A DNA stretch of 64,000 nucleotides from the NCBI GenBank assembly GCA_046483045.1, contig JAWODY010000084.1:6806-70805 (forward strand), given 5' to 3'. The notes under the pieces were generated by a model. The model did no database searches and was not told where the DNA came from. It saw nothing but the letters and a program-made list of their open reading frames with translations. Shown in pieces: positions 55,558 to 64,000 of the stretch. Origin of the DNA: Anaerolineales bacterium. Lineage in GTDB: Bacteria > Chloroflexota > Anaerolineae > Anaerolineales > UBA11858. Made by a program: the position numbers and the translations under genes. Within the stretch, counting starts at the first letter, position 1; every line of letters starts with the position of its first letter.

Positions 55558-58053
55558 ATGGAAACTTATGATGGGAAATTTTATCTCGGCAAGACGTATG
55601 ATCTAGAAAAGGGTGAAATCACAGCAGATAAGTTACTGTATGACCCGGATGATTTAACCACCCATGCGGTAGCGTTTGGGATGACGGGTTCGGGAAAGAC
55701 AGGGTTGTGCATTGACCTGTTGGAGGAGGCAGCCTTAAATGAAATCCCTGCCCTGATGATCGATCCTAAGGGGGATATGACGAACACGCTTCTCCACTTT
55801 CCTGATTTGTTTCCGGAAGATTTCTTACCCTGGGTGAATCCGGATGAAGCCAGGCGGGAGAGAAAGACACTCGAGCAGTCGGCAGCGGACGCTGCTTCTT
55901 TGTGGAGTAAGGGGCTGGAGGGTTGGGGGATTGGAGAGGAGCGGCTGCAGGCTTTGAAAGATTCTGTACAGTATACGATTTATACGCCCGGGTCGGAGTC
56001 CGGGATGCCCGTGAATATCTTGTCTTCTTTGGAAGCGCCAGGATTGGATTGGGAAGAGCACCGCGAGATATTGCGGGAAAAAATATCTGGTGTGGTCATG
56101 GGACTGCTAGGTTTGGTAGGGTTGGATGAAATGGATCCGGTGCGGTCCCCTGAGCACATCCTGCTCAGCAATATTTTTGAGCGTGCCTGGAGTCAAAGCC
56201 AAGATCTCGACTTGGGTGAATTGATCTTCCAGATTCAAAATCCTCCCTTTGAAAAACTGGGCATGATGAATGTGGAGGCATTTCTGCCTGAAAAGGAACG
56301 AGTGAAGTTGTCAATGATGTTAAACAATATCTTGGCCGCTCCCTCATTCCAGTCCTGGATCATAGGCCAACCGTTGGACATTGGGGAGCTGCTCATAACC
56401 CCTGAGGGTCGGCCGCGCCACAGTGTCTTTTACATAGCGCATCTCAGTGATGCGGAGCGAATGTTCTTTGTCACCCTCCTGTATTCTGCTGTTGAAACCT
56501 GGATGCGATCGCAGAAAGGTTCGACGTCCCTCCGAGCACTCCTGTATTTTGATGAGATCTATGGTTATCTGCCACCGGTAGCCAATCCCCCCTCTAAGAC
56601 GCCGATGCTACGTATGTTGAAACAGGCGAGGGCGTTTGGGGTAGGGCAGGTCCTGGTTACCCAGAACCCGGTGGATATGGATTACAAGGCCCTTTCCAAT
56701 GCCGGAACCTGGTTTATCGGGAAGCTGCAGACAGAACAGGATAAGGAGCGTCTCTTAGATGGCCTGGAAGGCGCATCCCCTGGGATGGAGCGCAAGGCGT
56801 ATGACCGCTTGATCTCCAGATTGGACAATCGTATTTTCCTGCTCCATAACGTCCATGAAGAAGATCCTGTCCTGTTCCACACACGGTGGGCTATGAATTA
56901 CCTTACCGGTCCGCTGACGCGGAATCAGATTCCTGCCTTAAACCAGCTGGCGGATGTAAAAGCAGAGGTGCGGAAGGGAACCCCTGTGGGCGAAGGAGGC
57001 CAGGATAGGATCAAGGGAGAACGTGAGGAAACGGTGGGGCAGCCGCAAAGAACAGGGGATCTGCCTGGGACCTCCACGTTGCCTTCCGTGCCGAGGGAAG
57101 TGGATGAATATTTTTATCCCCTTCAGGTAGATCCGGAAGCAACTGTGGAGAAAGCTTCTCTTAATTCCGAAAGTGTCCTCCAGAGCGTTGTCCTATACCG
57201 TCCTGTGCTCGCTGCTCAGGCAAACGTTCGATTTCTGAAACGGAATTACAACCTGGATTATGAAGAAAAAAGGACCACTCTGGTTTTGGTTCCAGACCCA
57301 ACGGGGAGGGTCGATTGGGAGAGCTGGTTGGAGGATCCCTTGAAGCTTCGCACTTTGAGGCGGAAACCGGAAACCGAATCACGTTTTGCCGACCTGCGGC
57401 CTCCTCTCTCTGACGGGAAAACCCTCAATTCACTGCAGGCGGACTTTAAGGATTGGATTTATCACACCTTTACAGTGATGGTTAAAGGCTATGAGGACCT
57501 GGATGTTTATGCGGGTCCCCAGGAATCTAAAGAGGATTTTCGGAAACGGGCGGCTGAGGCTGCGGGTCGGGAAAAAGAAGCTGAGATTGAGAAGATCAAT
57601 GAGTCCTATAAAAAGAAAATCGATCGAATGGAAGAGCGTATCCTAAAAGAAGAGCGGGAGCTGGAAGAGGATGAAATGGAGTTATCCCAGCGAAAAATGG
57701 AAGAGATGGGTACTCATGTGGAAAACGTCTTGAGTTTGTTGGCGGGACGGAAGCGAAGGTTATCCACATCCCTTTCCAAACGGAGAATGACCAGCAAGGC
57801 GAAATCGGACGTGAAAGAATCCCTGGCGGTCATTGAGGAGTATCAGGAGAAGATTGAGGAGCTGGAAGAAGAGCGCCAGACGGACATCCAGGATGTGGAG
57901 GAAACATGGGATCAGCTCTTAGAGGAAGTGGAGGAGATTCCCATCGCCCCGTATAAGAAGGATATTCTCATCGAGCTTTTTGGTGTGATTTGGTATCCCT
58001 ACTATATGATAGAGGGCTCCAGAGGATGGGTGGAGGTGCCTGCTTTCTCTTAA
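55558..58053 (+). CDS. HerA/DUF87/DUF853(YjgR)-like P-loop ATPase with C-terminal coiled-coil extension, 831 aa
   Basis: Walker A GMTGSGKTG, IPALMIDPKGDM, Walker B LLYFDEIYGYLPP, GVGQVLVTQNPVDMD and a Glu/Lys-rich coiled-coil tail. ATG 55558 has an AAGGAAGAGG RBS. Confidence 0.75.
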   Translation: METYDGKFYLGKTYDLEKGEITADKLLYDPDDLTTHAVAFGMTGSGKTGLCIDLLEEAALNEIPALMIDPKGDMTNTLLHFPDLFPEDFLPWVNPDEARRERKTLEQSAADAASLWSKGLEGWGIGEERLQALKDSVQYTIYTPGSESGMPVNILSSLEAPGLDWEEHREILREKISGVVMGLLGLVGLDEMDPVRSPEHILLSNIFERAWSQSQDLDLGELIFQIQNPPFEKLGMMNVEAFLPEKERVKLSMMLNNILAAPSFQSWIIGQPLDIGELLITPEGRPRHSVFYIAHLSDAERMFFVTLLYSAVETWMRSQKGSTSLRALLYFDEIYGYLPPVANPPSKTPMLRMLKQARAFGVGQVLVTQNPVDMDYKALSNAGTWFIGKLQTEQDKERLLDGLEGASPGMERKAYDRLISRLDNRIFLLHNVHEEDPVLFHTRWAMNYLTGPLTRNQIPALNQLADVKAEVRKGTPVGEGGQDRIKGEREETVGQPQRTGDLPGTSTLPSVPREVDEYFYPLQVDPEATVEKASLNSESVLQSVVLYRPVLAAQANVRFLKRNYNLDYEEKRTTLVLVPDPTGRVDWESWLEDPLKLRTLRRKPETESRFADLRPPLSDGKTLNSLQADFKDWIYHTFTVMVKGYEDLDVYAGPQESKEDFRKRAAEAAGREKEAEIEKINESYKKKIDRMEERILKEERELEEDEMELSQRKMEEMGTHVENVLSLLAGRKRRLSTSLSKRRMTSKAKSDVKESLAVIEEYQEKIEELEEERQTDIQDVEETWDQLLEEVEEIPIAPYKKDILIELFGVIWYPYYMIEGSRGWVEVPAFS

Positions 58054-58148
58054 ACTATTTTTTGCAGGTCTTTCTGATCATGGTTCTACCCACACAATCC
58101 CCTGAGTATGCATGGAGGGGATTGTTTTATTTTAGTTGCCTCCCGTTC

Positions 58149-58664
58149 TCAACCTGTCATGATGTACACTCCCCAACCGAAGAGGAGCCCGATGCTTATG
58201 CCCGCGAGTATATCTGAGAGGTAATGGACGCCCAATGCAATCCGGGCGGCAGCGACGAGCAGGGACCAGAGGACCATGACCCCTCCCAGCCAGGCTGGGC
58301 CAAGGAGGAAGACAAGCAAGCTCAACATGGCAGCTCGTGCAGCGTGACCAGAGGGGAAGGAGTGTGGGTCGGTGGTGCGATAAATTTTTCCCCATTCCCC
58401 TTGCGGACGGGGTCGTTTGATGGTCATTTTCAGGAAGAGGACGAAGACAGCGGTGACCAGAATCCCAATTATGAGCTTCAAGAGGATAGATTTCAGGTTG
58501 GGGGAAGCCAAGGGGTAGAGGATGATTAACCCAGCTAACCAGAACCAGGAATCAGCAGAATGGGCGAAAAGAGCAGCTGCCCGACTTAAGGTAGGGCGGT
58601 TGGAGGGGAGGCGGATTCTTTGGGAAAATGTGTAGTCAATGCGGGTCAATTTTTTCAGAACCAT
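58149..58664 (-). CDS. PAP2-family phosphatase (undecaprenyl-diphosphatase-like)
   Basis: KRPRP, PSGHA and ARIALGVHYLSD (PAP2 C1-C3 motifs). The start is uncertain: ATG 58664 is chosen, and the track ORF extends to 58796. Confidence 0.8.
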   Translation of the reverse strand: MVLKKLTRIDYTFSQRIRLPSNRPTLSRAAALFAHSADSWFWLAGLIILYPLASPNLKSILLKLIIGILVTAVFVLFLKMTIKRPRPQGEWGKIYRTTDPHSFPSGHAARAAMLSLLVFLLGPAWLGGVMVLWSLLVAAARIALGVHYLSDILAGISIGLLFGWGVYIMTG

Positions 58665-58884
58665 AATTTTCAAAGGGTGTTTTGTATTCAGAGAATGGAA
58701 GACAGCCAAGTAATTGGTTGAAAATCTTGGTAAAAGTATACCGTATTTTTTTGGAACAGCACCGCCATCCCTGTTTGAGTCGGGATTTCTCTGCATGATA
58801 AAATGGATAATGGATCCCTTGCCGCAGGGATGATTGATGTGTCAATTGTCCCTGAAGTTGAAATCAATATAAGGAGGATGGGCT

Positions 58885-59805
58885 GTGGAACTTCCAACAT
58901 ATGCTTATTTTGAAGGCGAGATTGTTCCGTATGGGGAAGCGAAAGTCAGCATTCTCGTTCATGCTTTAAATTACGGCACAGCTGCGTTTGGCGGTTTGCG
59001 CGGGTATTGGAACGAGGAGGATGAACAGCTGTATCTTTTTCGAGCTGAAGATCATTTTCAGCGTTTGATGAACTCTGCAAAACTCTTAACAATGGAGTTT
59101 GATGAGTCTCCTGCGGATTTGATTCAAATCACAAAAAAGTTGCTTCAAAAAGAAGGATACCATCAGGATGTGTACATACGTCCTCTGGTGTATAAAGCTG
59201 AAGAAGGGATTGGCGTCCGTTTGCACGATCTCAAGACGGAATTAGCGATCTCGGCTTTGCCGTTTGCTCGATATGTGGCTAACGACACGGATGCTCATGT
59301 GACGATATCCTCCTGGCGGCGGATCGATGATAACATGATCCCTGCCCGGGGGAAGATCACCGGGGCCTATGCAAATTCAGCTTTCATCAAGTCTGACGCC
59401 GAGCGCTCCGGCTTTGATGAGGCGCTGGTCCTGACCTCGGATGGACATATCTCCGAGGGGAGTGCGGAGAACGTTTTTATGGTCAGGGATGGGGTCTTGC
59501 TCACCCCTCCTGTGACGGAAAATATCCTGGAAGGGATCACGCGGCGAAGTGTGCTGCAGATCGGGGACGAGGTCTTGGGAATTGAAACGCAGGAAAGGCG
59601 GGTGGACCGCACAGAAATTTATCTCTGTGATGAGCTTTTTCTGACCGGGACAGCGGCGCAGATCACAGCAGTGACCCAAGTAGATCACAAGTTGATTGGT
59701 TCAGGAAAAATGGGGCCGATTACAAAACGCCTTCGCGAAACGTTTGATGATGTCGTCCGCGGTTGGGTGCAAGACTACAGTTACTGGCTGACACCAGTGT
59801 ACTAA
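58885..59805 (+). CDS. ilvE: branched-chain-amino-acid aminotransferase
   Basis: HALNYGTAAFGGLR, PARGKITGAYANS and EGSAENVFMV. GTG lies 7 nt after AAGGAGG. Confidence 0.9.
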   Translation: MELPTYAYFEGEIVPYGEAKVSILVHALNYGTAAFGGLRGYWNEEDEQLYLFRAEDHFQRLMNSAKLLTMEFDESPADLIQITKKLLQKEGYHQDVYIRPLVYKAEEGIGVRLHDLKTELAISALPFARYVANDTDAHVTISSWRRIDDNMIPARGKITGAYANSAFIKSDAERSGFDEALVLTSDGHISEGSAENVFMVRDGVLLTPPVTENILEGITRRSVLQIGDEVLGIETQERRVDRTEIYLCDELFLTGTAAQITAVTQVDHKLIGSGKMGPITKRLRETFDDVVRGWVQDYSYWLTPVY

Positions 59806-59825
59806 AGCTAGGGTCCATAAGACAA

Positions 59826-59870
59826 CAGCGCAGCCTAGTTGAATTTTCAACTAGGCTGCGCTGTTATTTT
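59826..59870. terminator. bidirectional Rho-independent terminator between ilvE and the LysM gene
   Basis: CAGCGCAGCCTAGTTGA-atttt-CAACTAGGCTGCGCTG is a perfect long stem, followed by TTATTTTT. Confidence 0.8.
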
Positions 59871-59893
59871 TAAGGTGAAAGTGTAGGGAGAAA

Positions 59894-60538
59894 TTAAGGA
59901 ATCTGAATGGTCTGGCCCACACTTAGCTTTTGATCGACACCGATGTCATTGACTTCAGCGATAGCCCGGGGGTCGACGTCACCAAATTCACAAGCGATGG
60001 AATAGGTGGTGTTGTTGCTCATGGTTACAGTGTACGTCGTGGGGTGGTATTGCAAGGCCCGCTTACCGGGAAACGCCCGAGCCTGGGAGGGGATTTGAAT
60101 GGTTTCCCCTGGGAAGAGGACAGCCCCTTTGGAGAGGCCGTTGTAGTTTAGCAGATCTACGGGGTGGATGTCATAACGCCGAGCCAAACAGTAAACCCAC
60201 TCGCCTTTGTGGAGGGTATAAGAGCTGGGAACAGCGTATGTGCTGGCCTGCTGTGGTTCAGACGTTGGCTGGTCCGTAGGTTCCGGCGTGTTGGTCGGCG
60301 CCATTTCTGTTTCTCCCGCCGTCTCCGTCCCTTCTTGAGCGGGGGAGGTCGCCTGTGGGGTTTCTGAACCCTCTGTTTGAGGAGTTTTCGCTACCGCAGT
60401 CATGGTCGCCTGTTTCGCGATCTCACTCAGGTTGGTGGTGGGTGTCACGGGAGGGGGCGTGGAGGCTGAAAGGCGACAGGCAGACAAAGTGAGCGTCAGT
60501 ACAATACATACGATGAGAAAAATCCGAGAATTATTCAT
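59894..60538 (-). CDS. LysM-domain lipoprotein (two LysM repeats, Pro/Thr/Glu-rich linker)
   Basis: Lipobox LTLSAC after a hydrophobic signal. LysM-like segments YTLHKGEWVYCLARRYDIHPVDLLNYNGL and TYSIACEFGDVDPRAIAEVNDI. Confidence 0.8.
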   Translation of the reverse strand: MNNSRIFLIVCIVLTLTLSACRLSASTPPPVTPTTNLSEIAKQATMTAVAKTPQTEGSETPQATSPAQEGTETAGETEMAPTNTPEPTDQPTSEPQQASTYAVPSSYTLHKGEWVYCLARRYDIHPVDLLNYNGLSKGAVLFPGETIQIPSQARAFPGKRALQYHPTTYTVTMSNNTTYSIACEFGDVDPRAIAEVNDIGVDQKLSVGQTIQIP

Positions 60539-60847
60539 GAGGCGATCTCTCCTTATATGGAACTACATTTCCCTTTGGCTCAGAACGTGATTGAGACACA
60601 ATGGAAATCGGATTAATGTTGATGCTAGCACACTTCCAAAAGTGCGTCAAGAAACTGTGGTTTCTGTTCATGCACTTCAAATGGGTGCAAGATCGGTGCC
60701 AGATCTGAAAATTAGGGATGGAACGCCGCGGTGTCAAGCGTATCTTGGCTGTTCGGAGTCGTTGATTGACCCTTCGGGGAGCTTCTGATACACTAATAAA
60801 GGAATTACTAGCCGACGGATCTGGGACCATTCTCTGGGATAAACAAT

Positions 60848-62428
60848 ATGTCAAAAGTATTATATTTGAAATGGCGACCTCTTGATTGGGATGAAGTGGT
60901 CAGCCAAGATCATGTCATCAAGACACTCCAAAATGCAGTCAGGAACGATCGCGTCTCCCACGCCTATTTGTTCTCAGGACCCCGGGGGACGGGGAAAACG
61001 ACGACAGCGCGCATATTGGCCAAAGCTGTAAATTGTTTGGAGGAAGAATCTGCAAACCGGCCTTGTAACCAGTGCCAACACTGCCAGGCTGTCAACCAGG
61101 GGGAATTTCTGGATTTGATAGAAATCGACGCAGCCTCCAACACCAGTGTGGAGGATGTCCGCGACCTGCGGGATAAAATAAATTTCACGCCCAATCAAGG
61201 CCGTTTTAAAGTGTACATCATCGACGAAGTGCACATGCTTTCGCAGGCTGCCTTCAATGCTCTTTTGAAGACATTGGAAGAACCTCCGGAGCATGCGATC
61301 TTTGTTCTGGCGACCACAGAGGTCCATAAGATACCTGCCACGGTGTTGTCGCGCTGCCAACGGCATGAGTTTAGACGGATCCCGGTGGAGGCAATCGTCA
61401 CGCAATTAGAGAAGTTGGTCGAAAGCGAAGGGTTGGAAGTGGAACCGCCGGCGCTGCGGTTGATCGCCAAACAGGCGACGGGGAGTTTGCGGGATGCGGT
61501 TTCTTTACTTGATCAATTGGCTGCGGCGGAAGCTGAGATCACCCTGGATTTGGCACACCAGGTTTTAGGTACAGCGACCGATCAGGCTGTACTTGAGTTG
61601 GTGGATGCCCTCCTGAGGGAGGAAGCAGCGAGAGGTTTGGATGTCCTTCAGGCTGCCTTAGAGCGGGGGAGCGATCCGCGGCATTTCGCTCGGCAAGTGA
61701 TCAGTTATCTCCGGAATGTGTTGTTGGTGAAGATGGGAAATCGAGAAGAGGTGGAGATCCCAACGAATGATGAAGCGAAGTTGCTGAAGCACAGTCAGGC
61801 CTTTACAGTTGATCATCTCTTACGCGTTATCCGGGCATTTAACCAAGCTACCATCCACAAAAGCAGCTCCTGGCAGCCTTCTCTGCCCCTTGAGATGGCT
61901 TTTATTGACGTCTTGAGTGAGGGGGAAGTGCTTTCATCGGGGGCAGCTCAAAAGACATCCAAAGAGGAAAAAATACAGCAAACCCAGGATCAGGCTGGCA
62001 GCGAAGAGGCCAGCGCGGATCCAAGGCAAAAAAACGAAAATCCTGAGACCTCAAAACCTCAAAACAAAGAAGGCACCTCGTCAAAAGCCGTGCATGCTTT
62101 ACGGAGTTGGGATCAAATCATCAAGATGGCACGGGATTATAACCCTACAACGCAGGCTCTCTTGAACTCGTGTACTCCCTTGGGATTGGAAAAGGGCTGT
62201 TTGATCCTCAGTTTTAAAAACGAGATCATCAAATCCAAAATGGAGAACGGGGATCATCTTCAAACCTGCCGGCAGATTATCACAAAAGTGGTGGGTGAAG
62301 AATTTCCCATCAAATGTGTGATCGGTCAGAGCAAGGGAAAGGATATGCCTCAGGATGTGGATCCGGACGGCCTGGTGGCCACAGCCGTTCGTGAACTGGG
62401 TGGTAAGTACGTATCCGATGAGGAGTAG
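60848..62428 (+). CDS. dnaX: DNA polymerase III subunit gamma/tau
   Basis: Walker A GPRGTGKTT, zinc module CNQCQHC, Walker B/SRC region IIDEVHML...LSRCQ, a low-complexity linker and a C-terminal domain. Confidence 0.95.
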   Translation: MSKVLYLKWRPLDWDEVVSQDHVIKTLQNAVRNDRVSHAYLFSGPRGTGKTTTARILAKAVNCLEEESANRPCNQCQHCQAVNQGEFLDLIEIDAASNTSVEDVRDLRDKINFTPNQGRFKVYIIDEVHMLSQAAFNALLKTLEEPPEHAIFVLATTEVHKIPATVLSRCQRHEFRRIPVEAIVTQLEKLVESEGLEVEPPALRLIAKQATGSLRDAVSLLDQLAAAEAEITLDLAHQVLGTATDQAVLELVDALLREEAARGLDVLQAALERGSDPRHFARQVISYLRNVLLVKMGNREEVEIPTNDEAKLLKHSQAFTVDHLLRVIRAFNQATIHKSSSWQPSLPLEMAFIDVLSEGEVLSSGAAQKTSKEEKIQQTQDQAGSEEASADPRQKNENPETSKPQNKEGTSSKAVHALRSWDQIIKMARDYNPTTQALLNSCTPLGLEKGCLILSFKNEIIKSKMENGDHLQTCRQIITKVVGEEFPIKCVIGQSKGKDMPQDVDPDGLVATAVRELGGKYVSDEE

Positions 62429-62569
62429 GGGAGAATCTCTATTTTAGAGCATTGAAAGCTGGAATGATATTATGGAAAAGCTGGTTTTCTAACTCTACTA
62501 GGTAAATAGGACTGGGTGGGAACGTTAGAGTGAATGTTAATTCGTTTCGTGGTTTGAGCGGAGGAAGGA

Positions 62570-62902
62570 ATGTCAAAAAGTTCGTTTACGGGAAACTCAT
62601 CAATGGGAAGGAAAGGGATGATGCAGCAGCTGCAGCAGCTTCAAAAGCAAATGAAAGAGGCCCAGGAGCAATTAGCGGCGGAAGAGGTTGTGGGGTCCGC
62701 GGGTGGGGGTGCTGTCAAAGTCGTCTTCAGTGGAGATCAAACATGCAAGTCGGTGGAGATTGCCCCCGGATTGTTTGCAGATGGGGACCAGGAAATGCTC
62801 CAGGATTTGGTGCTGGCAGCCATAAAGAACGGGTTGGAGAAAGCGAACGAGATGGCTGCAGAGAAACTTGGGCCCTTGGCTGGTGGGGGCTTGCCCTTTT
62901 AA
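62570..62902 (+). CDS. ybaB: YbaB/EbfC-family nucleoid-associated protein
   Basis: 110 aa, with QLQKQMKEAQEQLAAEEVVGSAGGGAVKVVFSGDQ. It occupies the conserved dnaX-ybaB-recR position. RBS GGAGGAAGG. Confidence 0.9.
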   Translation: MSKSSFTGNSSMGRKGMMQQLQQLQKQMKEAQEQLAAEEVVGSAGGGAVKVVFSGDQTCKSVEIAPGLFADGDQEMLQDLVLAAIKNGLEKANEMAAEKLGPLAGGGLPF

Positions 62903-62925
62903 TCCAAACAATCATAGGTTAGACT

Positions 62926-63531
62926 ATGCTCCCTGAACCCGTCACAGATCTTATCAATGCTTTTTCTAGATTGCCAGGCGTGGGTCCTAAAACCGCTTCG
63001 CGGTTGGTGTTTTACCTTTTACGAGGCAGTGATGATGAACTCACACTCACCCTGGCGGACGCCTTGCGGGACCTCCGTTCCAAGACGGATTACTGCCCGG
63101 ATTGCTTCAACATCATGAGGAAAGGTCGGGAACGCTGCCGGGTGTGCAGCGACCCGGACCGGGATCGCAGCTTGATCTGCGTTGTGGAAGACCCATTGGA
63201 TGTGGCTGCTTTGGAGCGGACATCGGGCTTTGGGGGACGGTATCATGTCTTGCATGGGGCCCTTTCCCCTGTGGAAGGGGTCGGCCCCGAGGACTTGAAA
63301 ATTGAAGAACTGCTGGAGCGGGTGCGGCAGGGTGAGATCAAGGAAGTGATCATTGCCACCAATCCCAGCATGGAGGGTGATGCCACGAGCATGTACCTCC
63401 GTCAGCAGCTGGGACAGATGGATGTCCGGCTGACTCGATTGGCGCGGGGTTTGCCCATGGGGGGCGATCTGGAGTACGCGGATCAAAACACATTGCTGCG
63501 GGCTTTGATGGGGCGACAGGAGATGGAGTGA
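62926..63531 (+). CDS. recR: recombination protein RecR
   Basis: HhH LPGVGPKTASRL, zinc finger CPDCFN...CRVC and Toprim VVEDPLDV...ATNPSMEGDAT. Confidence 0.95.
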   Translation: MLPEPVTDLINAFSRLPGVGPKTASRLVFYLLRGSDDELTLTLADALRDLRSKTDYCPDCFNIMRKGRERCRVCSDPDRDRSLICVVEDPLDVAALERTSGFGGRYHVLHGALSPVEGVGPEDLKIEELLERVRQGEIKEVIIATNPSMEGDATSMYLRQQLGQMDVRLTRLARGLPMGGDLEYADQNTLLRALMGRQEME

Positions 63532-63584
63532 TCGGTTCCGGGCTGGGGAAACCTTAACACTTTCTCGGTGGTTGGGTTCATCCC

Positions 63585-63612
63585 TTGACAGGGGTCGAAT
63601 ATACTTTATAAT
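63585..63612 (+). promoter_or_regulatory. candidate rrn promoter P1
   Basis: Consensus TTGACA (63585-63590), 16-nt spacer, TATAAT (63607-63612), about 300 nt upstream of the 16S gene. Confidence 0.5.
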
Positions 63613-63762
63613 TCGGTACGTAAGAAAGGATTTCGCCCCCTGGGGCAAATCCATAAAAACAAAAGAGTAAAAAAGAGACCCTCCCAAAACACAAAAGTGT
63701 ACGGGTGAAGCCGGTGTCAAAGAGATAGATGTCGGTGGGGTCTTTTGTTCTCTCTAAAGCCC

Positions 63763-63791
63763 TTGACGTGGATAAGGTGAAATGGTATCAT
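63763..63791 (+). promoter_or_regulatory. candidate rrn promoter P2
   Basis: TTGACG (63763-63768), 17-nt spacer, TATCAT (63786-63791), about 120 nt upstream of the 16S gene. A boxA-like CCTTAACAA follows at 63817-63825. Confidence 0.45.
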
Positions 63792-63908
63792 GGAATTCGC
63801 TGAGGAAGGGCCTGAACCTTAACAACTGAATAGTGATAGAAAGCCAACCAGCAAGAAGAAACTTTGAGATAGAACTTCGTAAATCCATCCCACTCTGTGG
63901 GATAAATT

Positions 63909-64000
<92 letters not shown>

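Noticed and set aside
60539-60847. Expected SRP RNA (ffs) upstream of dnaX
   Set aside because: The conserved domain IV sequence is not present on either strand, so no ncRNA feature is called.
62530-62922. 130-aa alternative-frame ORF overlapping ybaB
   Set aside because: The 62570..62902 frame has the YbaB/EbfC sequence and a GGAGGAAGG RBS. The alternative frame is Gly/Arg/Trp-rich with no features.
63019-63720. 233-aa minus-strand ORF spanning recR and the rrn leader
   Set aside because: It is antisense to recR, which has clear HhH, Zn-finger and Toprim motifs, and it runs through the rrn promoter region. It is a shadow ORF.

Overview
The window is a gene-dense chromosomal segment of about 52 protein-coding loci with mostly housekeeping and transport content. 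It ends in dnaX-ybaB-recR followed by the 5' end of a 16S rRNA gene. Gene content and promoter style suggest a Chloroflexota/Anaerolineae-like bacterium, but that is a low-confidence inference. I found no CRISPR array, transposase, integrase, phage block or tRNA gene. Confident calls include ileS with a canonical T-box leader, tyrS, kynU, ftsK, lspA-rluD-ltaE, punA, GH31, ftcD, ilvE, several ABC/MFS/EamA transporters and an ExeM/NucH-type secreted nuclease. The most interesting unexplained element is a seven-gene, translationally coupled minus-strand operon (1..7093). It encodes a MutL/GlmL-like actin-fold protein, four integral membrane proteins, an 82-aa protein, and a zinc-ribbon protein whose acidic disordered region carries seven [FL]PxW[LMV]-type motifs. 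I cannot assign it to any characterised system. Other points worth follow-up:
- an A AAA AAC slippery run in the dnaX linker with a -1 frame stop four codons later (tau/gamma-like);
- a predicted membrane-tethered DtxR fused to two FeoA domains, upstream of a FeoB split into two ORFs;
- a palindromic operator inside the promoter of a second DtxR gene;
- frameshifted fumarate hydratase and comEA genes;
- a 7TM-GAF-HTH one-component protein;
- an ABC-2/SpoIIM permease fusion.
All start codons are judged by eye from RBS and context and may be off. No database search or RNA folding was possible.
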